NCBI GenBank assembly: GCA_023205875.1
Contig: CP060754.1
Coordinates: forward strand, 434,001-498,000
DNA: 64,000 bases
Source: Chloropicon primus
Lineage: Eukaryota
Direction of reading: 5' to 3'
Position 1 is the first letter of the stretch, and each line of letters starts with the position of its first letter. The position numbers and the translations under genes were made by a program. The notes under the pieces are model-generated. The model made no database searches and had not been told where the DNA came from. It worked only from the letters and a program-made list of their open reading frames with translations. This document shows positions 39,439-50,823 of the stretch, in pieces.

Positions 39439-41379
39439 TTATCCATTCTCTCCCGCGTCTGCCCTCTCGTCCTTGCTCAGAACCTTGTAGCTGTAGCTCT
39501 TATGCTTTGGCACAAAGGAAAAAGTAGCTGGTGTTGGACCCAGTAGCATCTCGGAGATCTTTATCCAGTCACTCGAATTGCTGCTTGCCAAAAGGGTCTC
39601 GAGATCGCTCCTCCCATAATATGCGGGTGGCCTCATCCCCATGCTCTGAGGAAGAACCTCGAGCAATCCAACTGGAACGTACCTGTGGAGGAAGGACAGC
39701 CACTCCAGCAAGTACCGTCTTGTGGTTTCTACGCCACGGGAATCCGATCCCCAATGCTCCAGCCCATTCGTGCAGTACACTTTCATCATGTCCAACCTCT
39801 CCGTGGCCGAAATATCGATGTGCCTTTGCTCCTTGATCTCAGAAAATATCCACGGCTTGATCAGAGCGGCCCTCCCGATCATGACCGTGCTCACTTTCCC
39901 GGAGCGGACATGGTCGTTGTACTCCTCGAAGTTGAAGATGTCCCCGTTTCCAATCACCGGCAGGTCTCCAGCCAAGCCCGCTACCTTTTCGATGTAGTCC
40001 CAATCCGCAGTACGGGTGTACCGCTGCTCTCGCGTTCTCCCGTGCAGCGTCAGTGCCCTCACGTTCCAGGAAGAAACCTTGGGCACGAACTCGTGGACAA
40101 TGTCCTTCCCGTCGTAATACCCCTTTCTCATTTTCAGAGTGAGGGGGATGTCTATCACGGGGCTGACGCACTTCGCAAGCGTCTCGATCTTGTTGGGCCT
40201 TTGAAGCAAGGCGGCTCCCGCGCCCTTGTTGCAAAGCAAGTCGATAGGGCAACCCATGTTGATGTCGATGAAGTCCACGTCCAGCTCCCTGCTGACGAGC
40301 TCGCTCGCCCTTGCCACCGAGTCCGGGTAGGCCCCCGCAAGCTGCACTCCAAAGAAATCTTCCGAGGGGTGGCGCTTGAGCAGGGCCCACTCGGATCTCT
40401 TCCCCTGGAGAAGGTTCGTCGCCATTGCCATCTCTCCGCAAGTTATGTCCGCCCCGTACGTCTTGCATATCCTCCGGTAAGGCAGGTTCCCCACCGTGGT
40501 CAGCGGGGACAGGTAGAGCTTGTTCCTGAAGTCGAGCTTCTTCCTCTCCCGCGGGGTGCTCTTCGCGACTTCCGTGTCGCCCTTCTCGATAAAGAAATCG
40601 CTGGCGTTGTCTTTGCCCTTCTTCTTGCCCTTCCTCGCGTAGTGCTTGTTCGACTTGACGTTCATTTTCTTCAAGATGTCCTCGGACTTCGGGTACTCCT
40701 CCTCCTTCCGCCTCAGTCGGATCTTGAGGTCGTCTGTGAGCACATTGGCTTCCCCTTCGATCGACCCTGGCACGGGCAGGGGGACCCTTTGCTCAAGCAA
40801 AGCCTCCCGTCCGAGTGTCTTGAGGTCCGCCGCCCCTTGTGGGGCTTCGTCGCCCTCCGACCTCTTCGCCGCCCTCTCGTGGCTGCCGTAGTACCGGCAG
40901 GACAGGCCGTAGGGGCAGCTTCCGGTGAGGGCCACGAACAAGCAGTCCCCAGGGAGATCCGCCGGTTTCTGCGCGAGGAAGCCCTCCACGTCGTGGTTGA
41001 ACTTGCAAGAGTCCCCATACCTGCAGGTCCCGGTTCTCGCCAAGGCGTTGCAGATGCTCGCATTGTTTCTCCTCATCTCCGCCTGCTCCCTCTTGACCTG
41101 TTTTTTTGACTTTCCACTCCTTGCGAAACCCGCGGGGGCCTTGGGCTCCTTCTCTGACTTCTCCGAGTTCTCGGACAACGGAACCAGGAAGCTCCCCTTG
41201 ATGGGCACGTATCCGAGCGACAGCAACTTGATCCCCGGCGCCCCAGGCCCTTTCGCTTCCTTCCCATTGCGCTCCTCCTCAACACCCGCCACCCTGGCCT
41301 TCTTCTCCTCCACCCCCAGACGACTCCCCCCCTCCCCTCCCCTCTTCTCCCCCACGCCCCCCTCCCCCGTCGTCCCCAT
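39439..41379 (-). CDS. DUS3: tRNA-dihydrouridine(47) synthase
   Basis: Two CCCH zinc fingers; LYLSPLTTVGNLPYRR, DINMGCPID, LHGRTREQRY, WGSDSRGVETTRRYLLEWLSF. Confidence 0.95.
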   Translation of the reverse strand: MGTTGEGGVGEKRGGEGGSRLGVEEKKARVAGVEEERNGKEAKGPGAPGIKLLSLGYVPIKGSFLVPLSENSEKSEKEPKAPAGFARSGKSKKQVKREQAEMRRNNASICNALARTGTCRYGDSCKFNHDVEGFLAQKPADLPGDCLFVALTGSCPYGLSCRYYGSHERAAKRSEGDEAPQGAADLKTLGREALLEQRVPLPVPGSIEGEANVLTDDLKIRLRRKEEEYPKSEDILKKMNVKSNKHYARKGKKKGKDNASDFFIEKGDTEVAKSTPRERKKLDFRNKLYLSPLTTVGNLPYRRICKTYGADITCGEMAMATNLLQGKRSEWALLKRHPSEDFFGVQLAGAYPDSVARASELVSRELDVDFIDINMGCPIDLLCNKGAGAALLQRPNKIETLAKCVSPVIDIPLTLKMRKGYYDGKDIVHEFVPKVSSWNVRALTLHGRTREQRYTRTADWDYIEKVAGLAGDLPVIGNGDIFNFEEYNDHVRSGKVSTVMIGRAALIKPWIFSEIKEQRHIDISATERLDMMKVYCTNGLEHWGSDSRGVETTRRYLLEWLSFLHRYVPVGLLEVLPQSMGMRPPAYYGRSDLETLLASSNSSDWIKISEMLLGPTPATFSFVPKHKSYSYKVLSKDERADAGENG

Positions 41380-41958
41380 CGTTGAGGGCGAAACAAGTGC
41401 AGCAAACAAGCGCAGCGATGCCTACGACACGCAACGCACGCGATCAAACAAACACCACCGCCGTCACGCACCCTGCCTGCCTGGTCGACCCCGTGGGATC
41501 TCCGTCAGCCACCCCACCTCGAGCCAGCAAAACCAGAGTTCGATTCGATGAGAGAAGGAAAAAAAAGATTTTGAGAGCGAGCTTTTTCTTCTTTTCTCCT
41601 CTCCTTCTCCTCCTCTTCTCCTTTTCTCCTCCTTGAGGGTCCAAGACTCGAAGGAAATAGAAGAAGAATAGAAGAGCAATCCATCCATCGATCCACGTAG
41701 TAGTTTCGTGTCCTCCACGAAGGGTGTCCAGGTCAGGGTGCACCTGCTAACAAGCTTGATGACCCTTGTGTTGTGACCCTTGGTGGGATCAGGAGGACTT
41801 GATCAGGGGTTGCGAGCGCGACTTTGGACAGAGACCAGGGACCGCGAAAGGCGATGACTTGCGGCTGAGAAGGGGGAATTCATCGCGAAGAGTGCGGCCT
41901 TCCTTGACATCTCCTCTCAAAGAGGTCCAAGGACGAAGCGCAAGCCTGAAAATCAAAG

Positions 41959-43098
41959 ATGGAGGAGGAGCCGGAGTCTGCACCGGAGGTCACCGAACCT
42001 GAAGCCGATGTGGTGGACGAACAGAAATCGCCGCCGCGACAGCACACGCCCGAGAAGTCGAACTACCTGAGCAAGACCGTGGTACAGCCCAAGCCCGTGA
42101 CGGACGCCCAGACCCACCAAGGCACGGAGTGCTCGTCCGTAATCAAGGCCTTCAGCCCCGGGAGCTTTGCGGGGATCCGAGCCCTGCCGACTAACATCCA
42201 CCCTGACTTTCGCCAGGAGAGCTTGATGCAGACGCTGGAGAACACCAAGGAGGAGAAGTCCGGCAAGACTTCCCCCACTCGAGCCTCGCCTGTGAGTCGG
42301 TTGGCAAGAGACAAGGGCTCGAACAGCACCAGAGTTCCCAAGGGGCAGAGGAGGAGGCAAAAGTATGGAGGGATGCCTCAAACCTTCACGTCGTACGAGT
42401 ACATGTCAGATCCTGTGCAGGACAAGCTTGCGAAGAGGAGGGAGGAGATCAACAAAGGGAAGGAGAAGTGGCTCTCCCCAGACGATTTCAAGACCCACAA
42501 GTCCAGGGGCCTTCTGAACAGGCACACGTATTCGATGAGCCCTTACGAGCTGCTTCAGGAGGCAGCGAAGCGGGAGAGCGTCGATACGAAGCAGAAAATC
42601 CTCCATGGTCCGGTGCGAGCGGGGGGCTGCGTGAATCAAGCGCAGCAGGCAAAGATCAGACTGAAGGAGCTCCTGAAATCTTTGATCCGCTTGCTGAAGA
42701 GGGACTGGCCGCAGGCCACCATAGACGCTTTTGTTGATGACACCGGGTACGTCGTTGTGTCCTACCTCAAGGAGGGCATGTCCCTCAAACACGTAAATGC
42801 GTACATGAACAGGTTTGCCAAGCTGAACGCCACCGTGTACGAGTTCAAGCTGAAAAAAGACGCCACCCGGTGGGGCGTGACCAACGAGGAGATGGAGAAC
42901 ACCTTTTTCGTCTTCTGCCCGCCGTGGATCCATTCCAAGCCCCAGCTAAGCAAGAGGCTTCACGGGGTAAAGGCCAAGCACGACACCAGTCACGAGCTCG
43001 CCCTCGACTCGGGGAGAATTCCCTTTGGGCCCCAGAGCGCGAGCGGAAACTCCATACAGATTCACGTGCGCAACTTGGCCTATGCCTTCAAGACTTGA
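41959..43098 (+). CDS. Hypothetical protein
   Basis: 379-aa ATG-started ORF with host-like GC3 bias; no family recognised. Confidence 0.65.
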   Translation: MEEEPESAPEVTEPEADVVDEQKSPPRQHTPEKSNYLSKTVVQPKPVTDAQTHQGTECSSVIKAFSPGSFAGIRALPTNIHPDFRQESLMQTLENTKEEKSGKTSPTRASPVSRLARDKGSNSTRVPKGQRRRQKYGGMPQTFTSYEYMSDPVQDKLAKRREEINKGKEKWLSPDDFKTHKSRGLLNRHTYSMSPYELLQEAAKRESVDTKQKILHGPVRAGGCVNQAQQAKIRLKELLKSLIRLLKRDWPQATIDAFVDDTGYVVVSYLKEGMSLKHVNAYMNRFAKLNATVYEFKLKKDATRWGVTNEEMENTFFVFCPPWIHSKPQLSKRLHGVKAKHDTSHELALDSGRIPFGPQSASGNSIQIHVRNLAYAFKT

Positions 43099-43362
43099 TC
43101 AGAGACTGAGACTCTTCGAAGTCTGTTTTTTTCTTCTATATTATAAGCCCCGATACTACCCTATATATATATATACATGTATGAACTCTAAGGATGTCAT
43201 AATTACCATTGCCTCCAAGCCACAACCTCTGCTGCCTCTCCTCTCCAACAACCTGGGGCTCGCGCCTTGCCTGCCAAAGGCAAAATCACCAGAGCCAGGG
43301 CAACTAGGCGGAGAGAGACAGAGGGAGAGGGAGAGAGAGGGAGAGGAGGAGGAAGGGGAAGA

Positions 43363-44275
43363 ATGTCTCAGCGAGGAAGCGTGCTTCCGTCCCTTGTAGA
43401 CAGGCACATACTAACCTCCAAGACGAGGAACGACGTGAGTGGGCGAAGATCGAGCAAGGAAACCTTCCTAGGCGATCCCTTCTGGAAATAGATTGGCAAC
43501 TGACTTGTTCCCTCTGCGTTTGGCGGGCGTCTTACCGCGCTCGCAGGTCGGTGTCGGGGCCTTCGCTTTCCTCTTCAGCGAGATCGTCCAATACTCTCAG
43601 ACGAGGGTGTCGAACGTGAGCGAGTTGGAGCGGAAGCTGGCGGACGTGGGGTTCGACGTCGGGGTTCGCATGCTGGAGCTCCTTGTGCACCGGGAGAAAG
43701 CGGGGAAAAGGGAGAACAGAATTCTCGGCATACTGTCGTTCCTTCACACGAACGTCTGGAAGAACCTTTTCGGCAAGACAGCAGATTCCCTGGAGAAGGG
43801 AACGAGCGTAAGTCTTGTCTTCCCCCCAAGAGTGTGAAAACTCAGTTGGACTCACGCGACTCCTTCATTCGTTTGTTCGCTCCGATCACGCGCGACAGGC
43901 CGACGACGAATACATGATCAGCGACCACGACTTGCTTGTGAACAGGTACATCTCGGTGCCGAGGGATATGGGGCACTTGAACTGCGGTGCTTTCGCTGCT
44001 GGCATCGTGGAAGGCGTCCTCAAGTCCGCTGGCTTTCCCGCGAGGTAAGGTTTTGACATGCGCTTGGGGAAGAGCTTTGACACGGGCCTCTGGCTCGGGC
44101 GCACCGTTTTGACTGCCTTGCTGACGACGACCTGGACTGTTTCTCTCGTCCTTGGCGCATTTGAAGGGTCACGGCCCACTCCGTGGCGTCCGAGGGCCTG
44201 TCGAGGCCGAAGACGACCATATTGATTAAGTTTGCCCCAGAAGTGATCGAGAGGGACGAGAAGCTCGGGTCTTGA
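43363..44275 (+). CDS. TRAPPC5: TRAPP complex subunit 5 (Trs31), 4 exons
   Basis: [63 protein letters not shown]; three GT-AG introns. Confidence 0.93.
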
Positions 44276-44483
44276 GAGGGGCCAACCGTTTTCTTTTTCT
44301 TTCTAATCATCTTGTAATCTGTACACAACATCAGTTTGCCTTAAGCATGCTGTAAGTCTACAAAGAAAATGTGCAAGTGACAGTGCGTCATCATCCCTGC
44401 GCCGCGTGTGAAAGGCGAGAGCTCTTCTCTCTCCCGTGGACTGCCCGCCCTCCTCCCTCGGTAGCTTGGCACCAGCCAAAGAG

Positions 44484-45212
44484 TTAGTCGAAGGCCCACT
44501 GGTGCTCCCTTCTGACCTCCTCCTCCTCCTCTGGCGTGAAATCGTTCTTGATGTTGAAGGCCTTTCTGATCTCCTCGGGGCTCTTGCCCCTGATCATGCT
44601 CGCCACCGTGAAGCAGGTGTGGTCCAGAAGCTCCTTGATGTTCAAGTAGTTTGCGGCCAAGATGAGCTGGAACAGGGTTCCCTGGTCGACCTTGACAAAG
44701 TCAGCCTCCCAGGACTTGACCTCGTCTTCGGTCTTCGCGGGCTGCCCATCGGCGTTCTTCTTCTTGGCCTCGACCTTGAACTTGCAGTACTCGATCACCT
44801 TGGCCAGATCCTTCCCGCCGACGTTGGGCAGGGGGATGGCAACCTCCGCTCCGGTGTCTGTCCGCCCGTCGATCGGGCGAGGTCGAGGAGAGACAAAGAA
44901 AGCAACGCACGTCGTCGTCGTCAGACCCCGGGAACGAAAGAAACGCACGCACGAAAAAGCAAAAACGACGCGATGAACTTACCCTCTATCATGTTCTTGA
45001 TAGTTTCGGACATGTTCGCGACCTCCTGGTCCACGACGAATGTCTCATCGTCCGAGGACTTGAGAGTCACCTGACCACCGCGATCGAGCGGGCAAAAAAC
45101 CACACGAGACGGGTTAGTTCCCGTGACACAAGACGTACGCGGCGAAAAAAAAACCCGCCCCTCCGTCGCCGCCCTAAACCTCACTCACCTTCATAGGCTC
45201 ATCCTCATCCAT
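44484..45212 (-). CDS. SKP1: SCF complex subunit SKP1, 3 exons
   Basis: [59 protein letters not shown]. Confidence 0.95.
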
Positions 45213-45475
45213 GTTGTCGCGGTCTCTTCTTGTTCTCTCCCGTGCGTCTGCGGCGAACGCTCCCGACCCTCCTCTCTCCCTTCGTCGTCCCGTCTCGTCC
45301 GCTTCCGTTTCTAGAACTAAAACCTAAACCAGGACCCGAGAGATTGGGCCTGGGCCGTCGCCAGAGAGAGAGAGAGAGAGGAGACCACACCTTGGTTTGG
45401 TTTGGTGGGTACGGCGAGAGAGAGAGAGAGAAAGGGAGAGGGGGAGAGAGCAGGGCTTGGTGGGTTTTCGTCGTG

Positions 45476-45801
45476 ATGAGTAATCAAGGGGTTTCGCCGC
45501 AGATGATGTCCTTCTTGGAGCAGGAGAAGAAGAAGGCGGCCGTGAACGAGATCATTGGCCAGTTGACCAATATCTGCTGGGACAAGTGCATGTCGACGCC
45601 CGGAAGGTAAGCCTTTGCCCGCGAACGCACCGTCTCGTGTTGTCGCATTTCAAGCAACTGAACGCCCTCGCGTCTCTCTCTCGCAGGAAGCTGTCGTACG
45701 GGGAGGAGCAGTGCCTCAGCAACTGCGCCCAGAGGTTCTTCGAGTCGAGTCAGATTCTTCTGCAGAAAATTGGGGAGAAGTCCGGGTCGGGGGGAATGTA
45801 A
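45476..45801 (+). CDS. TIM8: Small Tim chaperone (Tim8-like), 2 exons
   Basis: Twin CX3C: LTNICWDKC...EEQCLSNCAQRF; intron about 45607-45686. Confidence 0.85.
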
Positions 45802-45908
45802 CAACAATCGGTAGAGTGAATAAAAGGGCGAGCTTTTGTTCGTCTGCCTTACAAACCACGAATCTCTCACCACGACCACCACCACCACAGACACAACGCC
45901 CGCTGGGG

Positions 45909-47197
45909 TCACCTAGCGGGCGGAGGGAGCTCCAACGCAAACTTCCCCAGGTTCCCTTTGCCGTAATCCCGCAGAATTCGCGCACCAGCAGTCTCGATGT
46001 GCCCGTTGAACAGCCTGTCCGCGAGGGCGTAGACGTACTCCTCCCCCGTCACGTCCTCCGGGGAGATCTTGTACCTCCTCTCCATCTCGCGCAGGATCTC
46101 GCCGGCCTTCGGCAGTCCCTTCACCCTCTCTACCAGGACGCCCGCGATGGCCGACTCCAGGTAGGAGGCCTTCCCTATATCGTTGCAGATGGCGAGGTTC
46201 TGGGCCGCCGTCTGGTTCTCCAAGCTGGACGGTAGAACCCCCGGGGCGTCCAACACGTAGAGCTCGTCCCCGGCCTTGATCCACCTGAGCTGCCTTGTTA
46301 CCCCAGGAACGTTCGCGCTCTCGCAGGCCTTCCTCTTCATCAGGCGATTGATGATGGCGGACTTGCCGACGTTCGGAAACCCCACCACCGCAGCCCTGAC
46401 CTCCCTCGGAAGGAGGCCCTTGGCCGCCCTCTTCTCGTTCACCTCGGAGCTCACGGCTACCGCCCTCCTCACCAGCTTGGGGACCCCCTGCCCCGTCTTG
46501 CCGTTCGTTCCGACGACCTCGATCCCCCGGGACGAGTACCAGCCCTCCAGCTGCCTCAGCTCGTACTTGGAGATCATGTCCACCCTGTTGAGCACCAAAA
46601 TCTTCGGCTTGTTCCCTATCCAGGACTCGAGCTGACGTGACACGAGAAACCAATTTGAGGAAAGAGGAGTCAGACCGGCGAGCTCTTCTTCAGGTCGCGA
46701 GCGCGAGACTTACGTCGGGGTGCTCCGTGGAGAACGGAATCCTCGCGTCGCGAAGCTCGAGGATCACGTCCACGGCCTTCAGTCTCTCCTTCAGCAGCCT
46801 CTCCGCCTTCGCGATGTGTCCAGGGTACCTGCACCGGGGAGGGGTGGAACAGAGGAGAGGGAAACACGCGTCAGAACTCGCGGCACCGCGGCCTCTCGCG
46901 GTCTCGAACCTTGGTCACCGCGCCCGCGCCTCGCACTTACCACTGCACGCGCTGCACCTTGATCGAGTCATCCCCTTTCCGGCCCGTGTACACCTTCTCC
47001 CTCTTCTTCCTCTGGAAGTCCCGCTCGTACTTTTCCTCGTACCACGTCTTGGAGGTGGACGAGTTCGACGCGAAAGTTCTCACGGCGGGAGGTCGAGTCG
47101 GGCACTGCCTCTCCCTCCCCGCCACCTGCCTCCACACCGCCGCCTCTTGCGCCCTGGGCGTCCTCCCTGCAGGCCACCGGCTCCCCCAACGCCACAT
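45909..47197 (-). CDS. Ribosome biogenesis GTPase RbgA/YlqF, organellar, spliced
   Basis: [59 protein letters not shown]. Confidence 0.9.
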
Positions 47198-47349
47198 GAT
47201 TGATTGTCTGGAAGAGCAGAGCTTTTTTCCCTCTTCATCTGGATAAGGCCGTCGATCGAGAAGAGACGAGAGAGAGACGTAGACGTTGTATTGTGCCGGC
47301 AGGACGCGAGCGAGCGAAAGGGAGGAGGGGCTGGACCGGAGCAGCAATA

Positions 47350-48483
47350 ATGTCGACGCTGGCAACGAAGGCCGCGTGCAGGCTCAGGGGGAAACCGCGT
47401 CGTGGAGACCGTCAGCAGGCCATCTCGGTGAGTGTCCCTGGTTTGCTCCCTCACACTACCAAAAGGCACTCGCACTGACAGTTGTTGTCGCTGCGTTCGA
47501 CGGCGTTTGGCGTTGCAGGTGCTTGGTGGGAGAAGTGGGTCTCCTCACCTCGTGGGCGATTGGAGCAATGCCGTGAGAGTCAGGTCGAGCGCGACCGAAG
47601 CGGACGCCGAAGCTGGAACTCCCGCCATCGAGAAGTGTACGTTTCTCCCTCTCCCTCCCCCACAGGTACTGCCCCGTTTCCAAGGGCCCGGCAAGCAGCG
47701 TTCAACTCTTACTAACGCCGCCGTGCTCTTCGTTATCGTGCAGCCTCCACCGCATTCGAACCGGTTATGGACATTGACGCCATCATGAAGATATTGCCTC
47801 ACAGGTGAGTGCGCACAGTTGAGTTTGTGCGGGCCCCGGTCTGATTATCGCTTTTCCTTGCACTTGCGCACTTGTTCTCCCCTTCTCTCCCAGGTATCCG
47901 TTCCTCTTGGTGGATAGGGTGGTTCAGTACGAGCAGGGAAAGCAAGCAGGTAAGTCGGCGTGTTCCCTCCACAGTCCACTCGCGGTGCCAAGCTCCGTTT
48001 GCTAATACACGACGGTTCCTCGTGTCCCTTCTTTCGCTCCCCAAAGTTGGCATGAAGAACGTCACGATCAACGACAACTTCTTCACGGGGCACTTCCCGA
48101 CGAGACCCATCATGCCTGGCGTGCTGATCGTGGAGGCCTTGGCTCAAGTCGGAGGGATCGCCATGATGGACCCGGATGATCCCAAAGAGAACTTCTTTTT
48201 TGGCGGCATCGACGGGTGCAAGTTCAGGAAGCCGGTGGTTCCTGGGGACACTCTGATGTTGAAGGTGGCGCTCAAAAAGATGAACAAGAGGGTAAGTGTC
48301 GCAACTGGGTTGGAGCGAGCTTCCGCCCTTTCCCGGTTTGTAGCCGTTTTCTCCTGACGCTTGCCATTCTTTTCTCTTTTCACTTGCCCCTACTAGTTTG
48401 GTGTCGCAAAGATGGAGGCCAAAGCTTTCGTTGGGGAGGATTTGGTTTGCGAAGCGGAGTTGACTCTGTACATGGGAAACTAA
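47350..48483 (+). CDS. fabZ: 3-hydroxyacyl-ACP dehydratase, plastid; 6 exons
   Basis: Spliced [51 protein letters not shown]. Confidence 0.93.
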
Positions 48484-48555
48484 AGGCCTTTAAGTTCAGA
48501 TTAGGGCATTTAACTCGCGCAAAAAACTTCCCTTCTGTGTGTCACCCGAACTCCA

Positions 48556-49056
48556 TCACTTTTCCTTCTTCTCCTCTATGAGGTACCCGATGAAGTACTC
48601 CTCTATGTCGCTCAGGAGGATGGACTTGTGCGCAGGGATCTCCCCTCCGGCGTTTTCCAGAATCTTTGCGCGTGCCGGGCTTTTCTTGATGTACTTTGTG
48701 AGGTTGTACACCTTGTTGTCCAAGGTCCCCCAGCAGTCGCTCGCAGTGTTGTGTCTCGCGACGACTTCCGAGCTGAACCACTTGTGCTTCTTCTTTTCCT
48801 TCTTCTTCTCGTTCTCCTCGAGCTCGGGCACCAACTTTTTTTGCTCCGGCAGCTTTAGGATGTCCAGCCAGACCAAGATGCACCCCAAAATTACAAGTAC
48901 TCCGATAACAGCATAGATGCCCAAGACGTAAAGGAGGAGCTCTTCGGCGTACACGTTCCTCTCCCCGTTCTTCGCGTGGTTCTTCATCGCCATCGACCAC
49001 TTCCAGACGAAGAGGTCGAAGGTATCCTTCGCTCGTTCATAAAGACCCGCTAACAT
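48556..49056 (-). CDS. Membrane-anchored cytochrome b5-like domain protein, degenerate heme site
   Basis: Hydrophobic helix, then FSSEVVARHNTASDCWGTLDNKVYNLTKY...NAGG...YFIGYL; HPGG replaced by SPAR. Confidence 0.75.
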   Translation of the reverse strand: MLAGLYERAKDTFDLFVWKWSMAMKNHAKNGERNVYAEELLLYVLGIYAVIGVLVILGCILVWLDILKLPEQKKLVPELEENEKKKEKKKHKWFSSEVVARHNTASDCWGTLDNKVYNLTKYIKKSPARAKILENAGGEIPAHKSILLSDIEEYFIGYLIEEKKEK

Positions 49057-49395
49057 CGTGGTATTTTCCCAAAGGTTCGCTCGCCGCTCTCAACCCTCGG
49101 ACGCAACAGAGCGCGGTACCTCCGTCTCTCTCTCCGTCTCTCTCCCTCACGCACACGCACACGCACACGCACGCGACGCCCTCGTCCGTGGCCCTTTCAG
49201 CTTCTGTCTCCTCGTTTGAAAAAAATCTTGGCACTTTACGATCGTTTCATTTGTGTGTGGGGTGGGGGACTGAAAAGGAAGGCTTGGGAACCAGCGACCG
49301 ACGTGACGCAAACTCCCAGATGGATGGTAAGCTAATGTGATAGGACTGCTACTACCAAAAGGGGTTGGTTTAAAAATACAAGAGTCAACATAGAG

Positions 49396-50823
49396 TTACT
49401 CCACGTCCCTGCGATCCGAGACAAAGAGGTACTTATCACCCGTGTCGGTCGGGAAAGGCTTGACCGCGACGCACTTCTCTCCCACCCTCAGCATGGCCTT
49501 GGTGATTGGAGTTGGGTCGTACAAGTAGAGGTCTGGGAAAGCCTTCTTCAAGGCATCCGTTGCTTTCCTTGCGTTGTAGTGGGGGATCTGGTGAGCCACG
49601 TGGTGAGCCACATGAGTGGTTCCAATCCTGTGGTGCAAGAAATCAATGACCTTTGGGTAAGGCCTGTCGATGGTCATGAACGTTCCCTTCACCCAGTCCC
49701 AGTCCTTGTCCGTGAAGTGAGGCACGTCGACGTCGGTGTGCTGGAGCCAAGTGTACAGGACAAGCCAGAAGTTGGTCACGAGGTAAGGGCCCATGTAAAC
49801 GGCCGCCACCGGCAAGAAGGACTTTGCCTTCACCCCCCAGTAGATCAGCGCAGCCACGGTGGTCGCGACTCCAACGTCCGAGAGCCAGACCCTGTCCTTG
49901 AGGAACTTGGTGGGGAACAACAGATCAGAGAAAGGCTTGGTTGGAATGAAGTGGTTGGTGACTCCGTACTTGGATCCGCCCGTGGCCCCAGTCAGCAAGT
50001 ACGCAGGCCACCCGACCACGAGGTGGATGAAGAGGTTCACAACCTTCCAGAGCCCCTTTCCCAACTTCTCCTTCAGCACGTAGTTCGCCTTCCCCTTGAC
50101 CGAATCTATCGTGAAGGGCACGTGGGTCTCCCCCTCCTCCATGTGGTTGGTCCTCGAGTGGTGCACGGCGTGCGACCTCTGCCAAGAAAAGTAAGGCACG
50201 AGGAGGGCAGAGTGCAGAACGTAGCCCACCGCATCCTGCAGCTTCTTGTTGTCCGAGAACGCGTCGTGGCCGCACTCGTGGGCGACGACCCAGGCGCCGG
50301 TCGCGACGGTTCCGTTCACCGCCGCGTACAGGGCCCAGACTGGCAGGTACGCCAGCTTGAGCGGGATGAACGCGTACGCGAACAGGCCCAGGGCCACGGT
50401 CAAGCTCGCGGAGAACACGCCGTAGCACATGGACTTGAAGGTGTCCTTCTTCCAGCACTCCTGCGGGAGCGCGGCGAGCACCTCGCGCTTCGTCGGGTAC
50501 TTGGTCACCTTGCGGAGGGCCTTGCCCTCGAGGCCGCTGTACCCCGCAGGGGGCACGATGATCTCCTCGCCCTCGGAGACGCTCGCAACGTTGTCTTCCT
50601 CCGTCGCAGTCGTCCTGTCCATCACCGCCTTGCGGGCCACGGGAGACCTCTCTCGCTTCGTCCCCGCATTCCTTCCAACCTTGCTGGAGCACACGGTCAC
50701 CTTCCTCGCCCTCGTGGATGCGTGGAGACCAAGGCCCCTTGGCACCGCGCGGCTCGCCGCCTTCCCAGCAACTCCCCTCGCCCTAGACGCCGCCTTCGTC
50801 GCAATCCTCATGCTCCCTTCCAT
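49396..50823 (-). CDS. Membrane fatty acid desaturase (omega-6/omega-3, FAD2-like) with transit-peptide-like N-terminus
   Basis: His boxes HECGH, HAVHH, HVAHH; LLVPYFSWQRSH, WLQHTD, IPHYNA. Confidence 0.92.
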   Translation of the reverse strand: MEGSMRIATKAASRARGVAGKAASRAVPRGLGLHASTRARKVTVCSSKVGRNAGTKRERSPVARKAVMDRTTATEEDNVASVSEGEEIIVPPAGYSGLEGKALRKVTKYPTKREVLAALPQECWKKDTFKSMCYGVFSASLTVALGLFAYAFIPLKLAYLPVWALYAAVNGTVATGAWVVAHECGHDAFSDNKKLQDAVGYVLHSALLVPYFSWQRSHAVHHSRTNHMEEGETHVPFTIDSVKGKANYVLKEKLGKGLWKVVNLFIHLVVGWPAYLLTGATGGSKYGVTNHFIPTKPFSDLLFPTKFLKDRVWLSDVGVATTVAALIYWGVKAKSFLPVAAVYMGPYLVTNFWLVLYTWLQHTDVDVPHFTDKDWDWVKGTFMTIDRPYPKVIDFLHHRIGTTHVAHHVAHQIPHYNARKATDALKKAFPDLYLYDPTPITKAMLRVGEKCVAVKPFPTDTGDKYLFVSDRRDVE

